Part shown: piece by piece, positions 16,361 to 26,053 of the stretch
Numbering within the stretch: the stretch's first letter is position 1
Layout: the number at the start of each line of letters is the position of its first letter
IMG/VR virus record: IMGVR_UViG_3300022744_000004
Coordinates: 1 to 64,000 of that record
Strand: one strand, 5' to 3'
DNA: 64,000 nucleotides
Source: an uncultured virus (IMG/VR IMGVR_UViG_3300022744_000004)
Taxonomy: Duplodnaviria; Heunggongvirae; Uroviricota; Caudoviricetes
Made by a program: the position numbers and the translations under genes
Notes under the pieces: generated by a model
The model's input: the letters and a program-made list of their open reading frames with translations, nothing else
Databases searched by the model: none
Told to the model about the DNA's origin: nothing

Positions 16361-17233
16361 ATGTTACTCGCCCTACAGAACCTCATCAATCTGAGGCCGG
16401 GTGGGGGCGCAGTAACGCATGACACCTCTGGGGCTTTAGTAGGCCAAGGTGCGTCGGTTGTCGGCTCTGCCGCGCGGTTCCGTGCGTTTGCTACTTCAGG
16501 GGTACTGACCGGCCAAGGTTCCGCAATCGTCGGCTCCGCCGCACGCACGCGCGTGCATGACGCCCCCGGCGCACTGGTTGGCCCCGGTGCGGTGATTGTC
16601 GGTACTGCGGTATACAACGCCAAGCATACAACTACTGGCACACTGACTGGCCCCGGCTCCGCGATCGTCGGCTCCGCTACACGGTTCCGTACCTTTGGCG
16701 CGTCCGGTACGCTGACAGGCCAAGGCTCCACAATCGTTGGCGCGGCCAACCACGGTGTCGGCCCAGTTACGCATGACGGCACAGGTGCGCTAGTAGGACA
16801 GGGGTCGGCCGTAGTAGGCGCAGCAAACCGCGTACACCTGTTCGATGCCACTGGTGCCCTGATCGGCCAGCTTGGCGCAGTCGTAGGTTCCGCTGCACGG
16901 TTCCGCGCAATGGGAAGTTCTGGCGCACTGACAGGCCAAGGCTCCATAATCGTCGGTTCTGCTGCGCGGATCGGCGGCCCGGTGCCGCACGATACTTCTG
17001 GCGCTCTGGTGAGCCAAGGCAGCTCTATTGTCGGCGCGGCCGCCCGCTTCCGTGTACACCCCACAACCGGTGCTCTCATTGGCGCAGTATCTACTATTGT
17101 TGGTACAGCCTCGCACACCAATGCCAGCGGCTATCCAGACCCTTCCGATGTGCGGATCGGCGTTGTGTACGGCCCCGGCGGCATATATACCGGCACATTG
17201 GTGCCTAAAAAGCTGTTTGTGTTTGACGATTAA
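16361..17233 (+). CDS. repeat protein, ten 23-26-aa repeats
   Basis: Repeat unit approximately xxGALxGQGSxIVGxAxR. Confidence 0.8.
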   Translation: MLLALQNLINLRPGGGAVTHDTSGALVGQGASVVGSAARFRAFATSGVLTGQGSAIVGSAARTRVHDAPGALVGPGAVIVGTAVYNAKHTTTGTLTGPGSAIVGSATRFRTFGASGTLTGQGSTIVGAANHGVGPVTHDGTGALVGQGSAVVGAANRVHLFDATGALIGQLGAVVGSAARFRAMGSSGALTGQGSIIVGSAARIGGPVPHDTSGALVSQGSSIVGAAARFRVHPTTGALIGAVSTIVGTASHTNASGYPDPSDVRIGVVYGPGGIYTGTLVPKKLFVFDD

Positions 17234-17250
17234 CCCATGAACAGTACAAT
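17223..17250 (+). promoter_or_regulatory. sigma70-like promoter
   Basis: TTGACG-16 bp-TACAAT, 28 bp upstream of the 17279 gene. Confidence 0.5.
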
Positions 17251-17278
17251 GTCAACGTCTTCGTGCTTGGAGTAGCCC

Positions 17279-17635
17279 ATGCCATCAAAATCAGCAGCAC
17301 AAGCCCGCCTTATGGCTGCGGTGGCGCACTCTCCTTCTTTTGCGAAGAAGGTAGGTATTTCCCAATCGGTTGGTAAAGATTTCAATCAGGCCGACAAGGG
17401 CCGCAAGTTCAAAGAAGGTGGTATCACTATGGCTAAAAAACCGTTCCCGTTCGAGAAGTCCGGCAAGGATGTTGAACCCAAAGGCATGAAGGAAGGCTCC
17501 AAGAAAGAGGAAGCCTTCGACAAGAAGCAAATGGCTTTTGCCAAGGGCGGTTTTGTCGCCAAGGCTGACGGTATTGCCCAGCGCGGTAAGACCCAAGCTA
17601 AGCAGATCGGCATGAAGCGCGGCGGAAAGTGCTAA
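17279..17635 (+). CDS. Lys-rich hypothetical protein
   Basis: GGAG RBS; contains FKEGG, FAKGG, MKRGG; a possible second start at MAKKPF. Confidence 0.75.
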   Translation: MPSKSAAQARLMAAVAHSPSFAKKVGISQSVGKDFNQADKGRKFKEGGITMAKKPFPFEKSGKDVEPKGMKEGSKKEEAFDKKQMAFAKGGFVAKADGIAQRGKTQAKQIGMKRGGKC

Positions 17636-17776
17636 ATGCGTGGAAGTCGCGGGATGGGTGACATTAACCCATCCAAAATGCCCAAGGGCAAGACACAACC
17701 CCGCCGGGACAACACTGCTTTTACGCAGTATGCCAAAGGCGGAAAAGTGAAGCCGCAACCAAAGCCTAAGAAATGA
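17636..17776 (+). CDS. small basic hypothetical protein (46 aa)
   Basis: Not in track; TAA-ATG junction upstream, ATGA overlap downstream; MRGSRGMGDINPSKMP...YAKGGKV. Confidence 0.65.
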   Translation: MRGSRGMGDINPSKMPKGKTQPRRDNTAFTQYAKGGKVKPQPKPKK

Positions 17777-18465
17777 CTACATCCGGCACAACTGCATTCA
17801 ACCTCGACTTCGCTGAGATCGCAGAAGAGGCATGGGAACGTGCCGGTAAAGAGATGCGTTCTGGCTACGACTTGCGCACAGCCCGCCGGTCGATGAACCT
17901 GCTCACCATTGAGTGGCAGAGCCGGGGCATCAATATGTGGACGATTGACGAAGGTCAGATTCCCCTCGTACAAGGAACCGCAACCTATGATTTGCCTGCT
18001 GACACCATTGATCTTCTGGATCATGTTATCCGAACAGGTAGCGGCAATACTTCTACTCAGACCGATCTGACGATCACGCGCATCAGCGTCTCGACTTACT
18101 CCAGCATCCCGAACAAGCTGACTCAGGCGCGGCCGATCCAGCTCTACGTGCAGCGACTGCGCGATGCACCGAAGGTCACCGTGTGGCCCACCCCGGATCA
18201 GAGCAGCTACTACGTCCTGAACTACTGGCGGTTGCGCCGCGTGCAAGACGCGGGCGCTGGTGCCGAGACGCCGGACGTGCAGTTTCGCTTTCTGCCCGCG
18301 CTGGTGGCCGGGCTGGCGTACCACTTGGCCGTCAAGACGCCGGAGCTGATGGATCGCGTGGGTATGCTCAAACAGATGTACGACGAGGCGTTCGACAACG
18401 CCGCCGGTGAAGACCGCGAGAAGGCCGCCATCCGCTTCGTCCCCCGTCAGCAGTTCATCAGCTAG
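17773..18465 (+). CDS. putative head-tail adaptor
   Basis: ARRSMNLLTIEW...GINMW...LVQGTATYDLP...FLPALVAGLAY adaptor-like pattern; position in the arm. Confidence 0.65.
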   Translation: MTTSGTTAFNLDFAEIAEEAWERAGKEMRSGYDLRTARRSMNLLTIEWQSRGINMWTIDEGQIPLVQGTATYDLPADTIDLLDHVIRTGSGNTSTQTDLTITRISVSTYSSIPNKLTQARPIQLYVQRLRDAPKVTVWPTPDQSSYYVLNYWRLRRVQDAGAGAETPDVQFRFLPALVAGLAYHLAVKTPELMDRVGMLKQMYDEAFDNAAGEDREKAAIRFVPRQQFIS

Positions 18466-18467
18466 TC

Positions 18468-18857
18468 ATGGCAAACCGCTTCTCATCCGGCAAGCACTCG
18501 ATTGCAGAGTGCGACCGCTGTGGACAGCGGTACAAGCTCAAACAGCTCAAAGAGTTGGTCATTAAGACCAAGCGGGTCAACATCTTGGTGTGCCCCGAGT
18601 GCTGGGAGCCAGACCACCCTCAGTTGATGTTGGGTACTTTTCCAGTCGAAGACCCGCAGGCAGTACGAAACCCCCGGCGTGACAACAGTTATCTGCAATC
18701 CGGCCTGCTGGCAAACGGACTGCCCGGCGAGGGCAGCCGCGACATCCAATGGGGTTGGGCACCGGTTGGCGGCGCGAGCGCAAACGCGTATGATCTGACA
18801 CCTAACAACCTTGTGGCGCGAACTTACGTTGGTGCCGTAACTGTAGTAACCACGTAG
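18468..18857 (+). CDS. hypothetical protein with CxxC...CxxC Zn-finger
   Basis: ECDRCG and VCPECW. Confidence 0.75.
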   Translation: MANRFSSGKHSIAECDRCGQRYKLKQLKELVIKTKRVNILVCPECWEPDHPQLMLGTFPVEDPQAVRNPRRDNSYLQSGLLANGLPGEGSRDIQWGWAPVGGASANAYDLTPNNLVARTYVGAVTVVTT

Positions 18858-18865
18858 GAGAAATT

Positions 18866-19060
18866 ATGGCTACCCAATCCCTGAAATCCTCAAAGACCGG
18901 CGACAGTAAGTACGAAGTACGCCCTGCCGGTAGTTTTGGTTCTGACAAGACACAAGCCATTATGAACGGCGGCACCGGCAGCAAGGGCGTATCGAACGAC
19001 CAGTTGAAAAAGCTGGGTCGCGGCCTCGCCCGCGCCGCTGGTAGCGGAAAGGCGTACTAA
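18866..19060 (+). CDS. small basic hypothetical protein
   Basis: AGGAG RBS; N-terminus similar to the next gene. Confidence 0.7.
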   Translation: MATQSLKSSKTGDSKYEVRPAGSFGSDKTQAIMNGGTGSKGVSNDQLKKLGRGLARAAGSGKAY

Positions 19061-19062
19061 TC

Positions 19063-19293
19063 ATGGCTACCGAATCCCTCCGCTCTACCAAGCCCGGTGA
19101 CGCCAAGTACAAGGCCCAGCCCGGCCCCAAGGCTCCGACCACACAACCCTCCTTGCAGATCAACGAGCTGGACGCCAGCACTGCATTCGTGGACAAGTCG
19201 AACCAGAAAGAGACGATCAAGACTTCTGGCGTTGTGACGCGCGGCAACGGCGCGGCAACCAAAGGACGTACCGCTCGCGGCCCGTTGGCGTAA
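19063..19293 (+). CDS. small basic hypothetical protein
   Basis: C-terminal RGNGAATKGRTARGP. Confidence 0.7.
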   Translation: MATESLRSTKPGDAKYKAQPGPKAPTTQPSLQINELDASTAFVDKSNQKETIKTSGVVTRGNGAATKGRTARGPLA

Positions 19294-19303
19294 GGAGTAG
19301 CAG

Positions 19304-19960
19304 GTGAACTACGCGGCGCTGGTGACAGCAATCCAAGACTATTGCGAGAACACGTTTGCTACGGCAGACATGAACGTGTTCATCGTTCAGGCAGAGCAAA
19401 GGATTTACAACGCTGTTCAGTTCCCCGCGCTGCGCAACATCTCCACTACGGCGCTGACTGCAAATAGCCGCTATCTGGATTGCCCGAGCGACTTCTTGGC
19501 GGTTGTGTCGTTTGCCGTCATTGACGGCACGGGTGCCTATACGTACCTGTTGAACAAGGACGAGAATTTCATCCGCGAGGCATACCCTACGCCAACTGCT
19601 ACCGGCGTACCTAAATACTACGCCCTGTTCGGCCCGCAAGCAAGTGTGCCTACAGAACTGCGGTTTGTTTTAGGCCCGACACCGGCAAGCGCATATTCGA
19701 CAGAGCTGCAGTATTTTTACTACCCTGAGTCCATCACGACTGTGGCCGGGGGACATACGTGGCTTGGCGACAATTTTGACTCCGTGCTATTGTATGGGGC
19801 GTTGGTGGAGGCGTATACATTCATGAAGGGCGAGCAGGACATGCAGCAGCTCTACGACACAAAGTTCAAGGAAGCCCTATTGCTTGCCAAGCGCCTTGGC
19901 GACGGTATGGAGCGCGGAGATATGTACCGCGACGGCGCACCTAAGCAGAAGGTGACCTGA
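19304..19960 (+). CDS. putative adaptor/tail tubular protein
   Basis: MNYAALVTAIQDY...FIVQAEQRI...TGVPKYYA...LLYGALVEA adaptor pattern. Confidence 0.7.
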   Translation: MNYAALVTAIQDYCENTFATADMNVFIVQAEQRIYNAVQFPALRNISTTALTANSRYLDCPSDFLAVVSFAVIDGTGAYTYLLNKDENFIREAYPTPTATGVPKYYALFGPQASVPTELRFVLGPTPASAYSTELQYFYYPESITTVAGGHTWLGDNFDSVLLYGALVEAYTFMKGEQDMQQLYDTKFKEALLLAKRLGDGMERGDMYRDGAPKQKVT

Positions 19961-20373
19961 TGAGCATCCAGACCCAGACCACAAGTTTCAAGGCGGAGTG
20001 CTGGCAAGCGGTACATAACCTGCTGACCGACACGCTGAAGATCGCGCTCTACACGGGCAACGCGACTTTGGACGCCAGCACAACAGCGTATACGACCAGC
20101 AATGAGGTTGTAGCTACCGGCTATACGGCTGGCGGCCAAGTGCTTACTGGCGTGACGCTCAGCACCGATGGCTACACCGTCTACGTGGACTTTTCTGACC
20201 CGACTTGGGCCGGATCGCTGACCGCCCGATACGCACTTATCTACAACGCCAGCAAAGCAAACCGCTCTGTGGCGGTGCTGGACTTCGGTGCTGACAAGAC
20301 CTCTGTGGTGGCGTTCACCATTCAACTCCCGGCGAACACGCCGACCACAGCGCTACTGCGATCATCCAATTAA
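19960..20373 (+). CDS. putative tail structural protein
   Basis: TSFK...LKIALYT...GYTAGG...AVLDFG pattern. Confidence 0.7.
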   Translation: MSIQTQTTSFKAECWQAVHNLLTDTLKIALYTGNATLDASTTAYTTSNEVVATGYTAGGQVLTGVTLSTDGYTVYVDFSDPTWAGSLTARYALIYNASKANRSVAVLDFGADKTSVVAFTIQLPANTPTTALLRSSN

Positions 20374-20382
20374 AGGTTCTCC

Positions 20383-21360
20383 ATGACAACTGCAGCTTCG
20401 GCACTACTAGGTCTTGCCCTACCAGTACAAGGAGAACTCTCTGGTACATGGGGTGACGTTGTAAACAACAGCATCACCAGCCTGCTGGACACGGCAGTGG
20501 CGGGGACAACCACGTTGTCCACTGATGCGGATGTAACCCTGACGGCCACAACGCTTGCGGCCAACCAAGCACGGTCAGCCATCCTCTACTGTAGCGGGGC
20601 GCGTACCGCACTGCGCACAATCACCGCTCCGGCATCCAGCAAGGCATACATCGTCATCAACGACACAACCGGCGGATTTGACGTGAAGCTGGTAGGTGTA
20701 GGCCCGACAACTGGCATCCTGATTGGCTATGGCCGCAGGGCACTGGTTGCATGGAACGGTACGGACTTTGTTCTGGTGGCCTCTGCCAACATCACCAGCC
20801 CGACAGGCTCCTTGGTAGGAACCTACGGCACCACAGCACAGCGAGACGCATCCCCTGTAGCGGGCTACATCCGGGGCAACTCCAGCACCAACTCAATGGA
20901 GTGGTACAACGGCTCTGCGTGGACTACGGTGGGCGGCGGCGCAACAGGTGCTGGTACAGATACGGCTTTCGTGGAGAACGACTGTGTGGTGACCACCAGC
21001 TACACGATTGGACAGAATGCGTTGGTAGCGGGCGTAACGGTTACCGTGGCAACCCCGGCAGTGTTTACACTGACCAACCACGGCTTTGTAGCAGGCCAGC
21101 AGATTCGCCTGACCACCACGGGCGCATTGCCTACGGGGCTGGATACCAGCACAGCGTACTACGTCATTGCCACTGGCCTGACCACATCGGCATTCCAAGT
21201 GTCTACCAGCTACGCCGGAACGGCAGTGAACACCTCCGGCACACAGTCTGGTGTGCATTCCGTTGGTAAGATCAAGAACGCAGAGTCAGCAGGGCCGTTG
21301 ACGGTGCTGGATTCCGCAGTAGTGACGATTCCGTCCGGTGCATCGTGGTCGATTGTTTAA
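20383..21360 (+). CDS. putative proximal tail fibre protein
   Basis: GELSGTWG N-terminus; T/G-rich; TPAVFTLTNHGF module. Confidence 0.65.
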   Translation: MTTAASALLGLALPVQGELSGTWGDVVNNSITSLLDTAVAGTTTLSTDADVTLTATTLAANQARSAILYCSGARTALRTITAPASSKAYIVINDTTGGFDVKLVGVGPTTGILIGYGRRALVAWNGTDFVLVASANITSPTGSLVGTYGTTAQRDASPVAGYIRGNSSTNSMEWYNGSAWTTVGGGATGAGTDTAFVENDCVVTTSYTIGQNALVAGVTVTVATPAVFTLTNHGFVAGQQIRLTTTGALPTGLDTSTAYYVIATGLTTSAFQVSTSYAGTAVNTSGTQSGVHSVGKIKNAESAGPLTVLDSAVVTIPSGASWSIV

Positions 21361-21369
21361 GGATTTGAA

Positions 21370-22737
21370 ATGCCAACCACCATAAGCGGCTCCACTGGTA
21401 TTAACCAGACCACGTTTACAGCAACAACCCTGAACAGTTCGTCCGGTGCAATCAACGCCACTATCGGGGCAACTACGCCGAATACCGGGGCGTTTACTAC
21501 GCTGAGTGCGACTGGTAATACAACCATAGGAATCAATACAGGCAATCCCGTTGTAGCTATAAACGGGACTGGCGCTGGTAACGGTGGCGGGTACATAGCA
21601 TTCCAGAAGTTAGGGGTAGCGAAAGGATACGTCGGGATGTCCTCCGCAATCAATGGGGGAGGATCTACCTCTGATGATCTACTCCTGCTAAATGCGACAG
21701 GAACTAGTGCGGCAGCAGTTACCTCCACCGGCGTCTCCGTCATTGGTACGCTGAGTAGCACAGGCTACGGTACGTTCAAAGGCTTGCGTATCGGTACAGA
21801 CGGCACAAACGACATCTTCCAAAGCACTGGAGATCTGTACTACTCAGTTACCACTGGGTTTGCGCATAAGTGGGGCAACTCTACTGTCGGCACTCAAGCC
21901 ACCCTAGACGCCTCCGGCAACCTTGGCTTGGGTGTTACTCCGAGTGCGTGGTTTGCAAGCAATTCGTATAAAGCAATAGATTTTGGTTACGGAAACATTG
22001 CTTCTCAATCTGGTGCTGGCGGCGCGATGGAATGGTCGCAAGGTGTGTACCGTAATGCTGCTGGCACTTATGTGTATAAGAATGCGATTGCCGCAACAAT
22101 GATGCAGCAAAACGCAGGTGCAACTTATTGGATAACTTACACCGGAAACCTTGGCGCTGGAAATACGCCGACTGCGGCAAGCACAGCAATGACGCTGGAT
22201 GCCAGCGGGAATTTGCTGGTGGGGTCAATTGCTGCTGCTGGAACATCTGGCGGTGGCATAGCTGCACTAGGGCTTAACTCACAAATTACTTATAGGGCTT
22301 CTGGTGCCACCGCCGGTAAATTCAGGTTCACTGCCGCTGACACGTCAAACGCATTTTTGGTCTACAACAACAGCAACGTTGGAATGTATATGTCTGACGG
22401 AGCTACTGTCTGGACTGCTAACTCCGATGAACGTCTTAAAACTGACCTAATCCCAATCACTGATGCGCTTACCAAAGTGGCTTCATTGCGCACAGTAACG
22501 GGACGTTATAAGACGGATGAAGTTGGGGTTAGCCGCTCATTTCTTATTGCGCAAGATGTAATCAAGGTTTTACCAGAAGCCGTTAGCACTCATAAGTTGC
22601 CAAACGACGACACAGAGTATCTGGGGGTTGGTTACAGCGACCTTATCCCGCTTGCTCTGGCAGCTATCAAAGAGCAGCAAGCACAAATCCAATCCCTCCG
22701 TACCGAGTTCAACACCTACAAGGAACTACATCCATGA
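21370..22737 (+). CDS. tail fibre with C-terminal peptidase S74 intramolecular chaperone
   Basis: LDASGNL repeats; NSDERLK...LIAQDV...PEAV...Y..LIP plus terminal coiled coil. Confidence 0.85.
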   Translation: MPTTISGSTGINQTTFTATTLNSSSGAINATIGATTPNTGAFTTLSATGNTTIGINTGNPVVAINGTGAGNGGGYIAFQKLGVAKGYVGMSSAINGGGSTSDDLLLLNATGTSAAAVTSTGVSVIGTLSSTGYGTFKGLRIGTDGTNDIFQSTGDLYYSVTTGFAHKWGNSTVGTQATLDASGNLGLGVTPSAWFASNSYKAIDFGYGNIASQSGAGGAMEWSQGVYRNAAGTYVYKNAIAATMMQQNAGATYWITYTGNLGAGNTPTAASTAMTLDASGNLLVGSIAAAGTSGGGIAALGLNSQITYRASGATAGKFRFTAADTSNAFLVYNNSNVGMYMSDGATVWTANSDERLKTDLIPITDALTKVASLRTVTGRYKTDEVGVSRSFLIAQDVIKVLPEAVSTHKLPNDDTEYLGVGYSDLIPLALAAIKEQQAQIQSLRTEFNTYKELHP

Positions 22738-22901
22738 ACGACCAAACCGTAACCCTTACCCTGTCCGTAAACGAAGTCAACGCTGTACTTGCTGGCCTTG
22801 GTCAGTTACCATTGGCGCAGGTGATTGAGGTGTTTACACGCATCAAATCCGAAGCTGAAAAGCAGTTGAACCCCGTGCAGCAAGTGCCTGCTGGAGACTA
22901 A
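22734..22901 (+). CDS. small hypothetical protein (55 aa)
   Basis: Not in track; AAGGA RBS, ATGA overlap; MNDQTVTLTLSVNEVNAVLAGLGQLP... Confidence 0.7.
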   Translation: MNDQTVTLTLSVNEVNAVLAGLGQLPLAQVIEVFTRIKSEAEKQLNPVQQVPAGD

Positions 22902-22903
22902 TC

Positions 22904-23821
22904 ATGGCTGGAAAAGTAGTTGTCAACGTTGCGCAGCTTGGGGATAGCTCCACTGCTACCCAGAACTTCTCGCTACAGAGCAATGTAGACGGGACGATGA
23001 AGCTGGCCCGTGGCAACTACGGAGCCACCACTGCGGATATTTTGAATATTGATGCCAGTGGCAGTTTGGGCGTAAGCGTTACTCCAAGTGCATGGGGTGG
23101 AAACTACAAGGCATTAGAAATTCTGTACGGAGGCATTGCTGCAACAAATGCTGGCTCCGCAAATACAGAGGTAGTGCATAACGCGTATTACAGCGGGACA
23201 AACTGGATCGCTAAGTACACAGGCGGATATGGCGGGCGTTACGCGTCTGGGGACGGCGGCCATGCGTGGTACATATCAAATACCACAACAACGGCAGGTA
23301 ACCCAATCACCTTCACGCAAGCACTGACGCTGAATTCCAACGGAGTCCTTGCACTTCAAGGTGGAAACACAAGCGCAACCGGCGTAGGCATCGCCTTCCC
23401 CGCAACCCAAGTAGCATCTTCAGACGCCAACACGCTGGACGATTATGAAGAGGGTACTTGGACTCCTTCTCTTGGCGGAACGGCAACATATACTATCCAG
23501 CAAGGCACGTATACAAAAATCGGGAATGTGGTGTATGTCAGTGGAAAAATTACCGTAAATGCTATCGGAACAGGATCGACTACAACAATTAGCGGCCTCC
23601 CATTCGTAGCAAACGCTGTCGCCGCGTATAACGGACGCGGTTCTGTTGGCTACTACAGTTCGCTTGCAACTGCGGTAACGCGTATCAACTGCGAAGTTGC
23701 TAATAACACTTCAACAATGTCATTTCTTACCAATACCGCGGCAGCAGTAACCGCGAACGCAGCAGACCCTATCTTTAATACGGGAACGCGCGTTGACTTT
23801 TCATGCCAATATATTGTCTAA
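22904..23821 (+). CDS. tail fibre protein
   Basis: SSDANTLDDYEEGTWTP...GTYTKIGNVV...ISGLPF distal fibre module. Confidence 0.8.
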   Translation: MAGKVVVNVAQLGDSSTATQNFSLQSNVDGTMKLARGNYGATTADILNIDASGSLGVSVTPSAWGGNYKALEILYGGIAATNAGSANTEVVHNAYYSGTNWIAKYTGGYGGRYASGDGGHAWYISNTTTTAGNPITFTQALTLNSNGVLALQGGNTSATGVGIAFPATQVASSDANTLDDYEEGTWTPSLGGTATYTIQQGTYTKIGNVVYVSGKITVNAIGTGSTTTISGLPFVANAVAAYNGRGSVGYYSSLATAVTRINCEVANNTSTMSFLTNTAAAVTANAADPIFNTGTRVDFSCQYIV

Positions 23822-23830
23822 GGAATCATC

Positions 23831-24043
23831 ATGGCAACACTAACCGAACAACGCGTACTCAAACAAGTTGCCGTTCTGCCCGCGCAGAGCGCAGTCAACG
23901 TGCAGTGGGCGAACCAAATCCTGAAGGACGGCGTACTGCTGACCGAAACGTTTGAACGCAAAGCATATACCGCTGACCAGAAGGCTGAGTTTGAGGCCGA
24001 AGTGGAAGGCGCAGCTAACTACATCACGGCGCTGGGCTGGTAA
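23831..24043 (+). CDS. putative fibre-associated small protein/chaperone
   Basis: AAGGA RBS; 70 aa ending in W, directly after a fibre gene. Confidence 0.65.
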   Translation: MATLTEQRVLKQVAVLPAQSAVNVQWANQILKDGVLLTETFERKAYTADQKAEFEAEVEGAANYITALGW

Positions 24044-24066
24044 GCTGCTAATCAAGGAGAACCCGC

Positions 24067-25137
24067 GTGACCACTTCGATAATTTCCGTCAATAGCACCA
24101 CCAGCAAAGTGCAGGTGGGAGGTGTTGATGCGTTCAGCTTCACCACATCAGCGATGACCATTCCATCGTTGGTCACCAGCGCGATCAACTCCACCCCGAT
24201 AGGCGCAACCACCCCCTCAACGGGTGCGTTTACTACGCTGAGTGCGAGTGGAACAACGACACTTGCAAGTGTTTCTGGTTCTGGTTCTACGGTTGTTGTT
24301 GGCGGAAGTCCTACGAATGACAACGTTGCAAAGATTCAGTTAGTCACTAGCACCGTAGCTAAAAACTGGCAGATTTCATCGAACAACTATGTCGGCTCAA
24401 ACCTAGAATTCACACCGTCTACTGCGGGTGGAGGTAGCACATTCACTACCCCGGTAATGGTGTTGAGCAGCACCGGCCTCTCCGTCACTGGTACTACCAC
24501 AACCAACGGAGCAAACACGCAGCTAATTGCTGGAGAGCTTGACTCTAGCACCACGTTCATTCAGTCAAAGAATTCTGGCGGAACGGCTAAGGCATTGGCG
24601 TTTTACGGCTCTTCTGAGTATGGACGGTTTGCTGCCACCGGTGATTTGCTATTAGGCAATACAGCCGATTCAGGGTCCATAGCGCAAGGATTTACGTTCG
24701 CGGTTGGTGGCGGTTCGCTGATGGCTACAGGTCATGCAAGCGGTACTGCTTCTGGAACAGCATACGCATACTTTGATTACAACTCTTCAGTGATTGGCTC
24801 TATCACCCAATCCGGTACAACCGCAGTCCTATACAACACCACTTCCGACTACCGACTGAAAACGGTTATCGCACCTGTTTCCGGTGCTGGCGCTCGTATC
24901 GACGCACTTAATCCTGTCGAGTACGAATGGAAGGCAGACGGTACACGCACTCGCGGTTTTCTTGCTCACGAATTCCAATCGGTGTACGCGCAGTCTGTCA
25001 ACGGTACAAAAGACGCTGTGGACGCTGACGGAAACCCTGTCTATCAATCCATGCAAGCCGGTAGCTCTGAAGTCATTGCCGACTTGGTAGCAGAGATTAA
25101 ATCACTTCGCGCCCGCCTAGCCGCAGCAGGTCTTTAA
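24067..25137 (+). CDS. tail fibre with C-terminal peptidase S74 chaperone
   Basis: YNTTSDYRLK...GFLAHE...GTKDAVD...LVAEIKSLRARL. Confidence 0.85.
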   Translation: MTTSIISVNSTTSKVQVGGVDAFSFTTSAMTIPSLVTSAINSTPIGATTPSTGAFTTLSASGTTTLASVSGSGSTVVVGGSPTNDNVAKIQLVTSTVAKNWQISSNNYVGSNLEFTPSTAGGGSTFTTPVMVLSSTGLSVTGTTTTNGANTQLIAGELDSSTTFIQSKNSGGTAKALAFYGSSEYGRFAATGDLLLGNTADSGSIAQGFTFAVGGGSLMATGHASGTASGTAYAYFDYNSSVIGSITQSGTTAVLYNTTSDYRLKTVIAPVSGAGARIDALNPVEYEWKADGTRTRGFLAHEFQSVYAQSVNGTKDAVDADGNPVYQSMQAGSSEVIADLVAEIKSLRARLAAAGL

Positions 25138-25146
25138 GGAGCCACC

Positions 25147-25335
25147 ATGAAAACCCTACTTATCGCACTCACGGTTTTATCCCTATCCGGCTGCGCTGGC
25201 CTATCTGCTTGGGTGACTACCAATCAGGTAGCAATCGGGCAAGTAGCACTTGTGGCAGGTGCTGTGGCTGCTGTGGAATCTGCTGGTGCGAATGCGCTGG
25301 CTATCAAGAACGAATTGGAGCAACCTCAGAAATGA
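25147..25335 (+). CDS. small lipoprotein
   Basis: Signal peptide with lipobox LSGC. Confidence 0.7.
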   Translation: MKTLLIALTVLSLSGCAGLSAWVTTNQVAIGQVALVAGAVAAVESAGANALAIKNELEQPQK

Positions 25336-25568
25336 ACGAGTACCAAAACCTGATCAACATCGTGGGTGGTGCGGCCTTGTCTGTCATGGGTTGGTTTGCC
25401 CGTGAACTGTGGGCAGCAGTAAACGACCTGAAGCGCGATCTTGGCAAGCTGCGCGAAGAACTCCCCAAAACCTACGTCACACGCGAGGACTTCAAATCCG
25501 ATGTGAAAGACATTAAGGAGATGCTGGGAAAGATTTTTGATCGCTTGGAAAACAAGGTAGACAAATAA
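25332..25568 (+). CDS. single-TM coiled-coil protein, holin/lysis-associated candidate
   Basis: Start trimmed to MNEYQN (ATGA overlap); N-terminal TM then LPKTYVTREDF coiled coil. Confidence 0.7.
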   Translation: MNEYQNLINIVGGAALSVMGWFARELWAAVNDLKRDLGKLREELPKTYVTREDFKSDVKDIKEMLGKIFDRLENKVDK

Positions 25569-25984
25569 TGGAACTGTCCGTAGTTCGCTTCATGTGCGGT
25601 GCCGAATGCACCATTGGTGAACTGCTGGTTGACGGCGAGCATGAGTGCTGGACGCTGGAAGACGTTGTGCGCCCGAACGGTGAAAAAGTCTTTGGAGAAA
25701 CGGCAATCCCTTATGGACGTTATCGTGTGGTGGTTACTCATAGCAATCGTTTTCAACGTGATCTGCCTTTGGTATGTGATGTACCGAATTTTTCCGGAAT
25801 CAGGATTCATCCCGGAAACCTCGCAACCCAAACGGAAGGGTGCCTGCTCGTTGGAAGAGGACATACGGGAAGCTCTGTCACCGAGTCACGACTCGCCTTC
25901 GACACCCTCTTCCCCAAAATACGGGATGCCATCGACAAGGGTGAAGAAGTCTGGATTACCTACAGCAGTGGAGATGTGGGATGA
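25568..25984 (+). CDS. DUF5675-family protein, putative endolysin
   Basis: TIGEL...CWTLED...TAIPYGRY...GIRIHPGN...TEGCLLVG; lies between membrane-protein genes. Confidence 0.75.
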   Translation: MELSVVRFMCGAECTIGELLVDGEHECWTLEDVVRPNGEKVFGETAIPYGRYRVVVTHSNRFQRDLPLVCDVPNFSGIRIHPGNLATQTEGCLLVGRGHTGSSVTESRLAFDTLFPKIRDAIDKGEEVWITYSSGDVG

Positions 25985-26053
25985 ACCGCACAACTAAAGC
26001 CGTTCTGATCGCCTGCACGTTAGTGTGGGCGTTTGTGCTTTGGAGCACAAAAC

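Noticed and set aside
20383..25137. Diversity-generating retroelement or invertase shufflon at the fibre genes
   Set aside because: No reverse transcriptase or invertase, no adenine-specific TR/VR pair; the repeats are short and direct.
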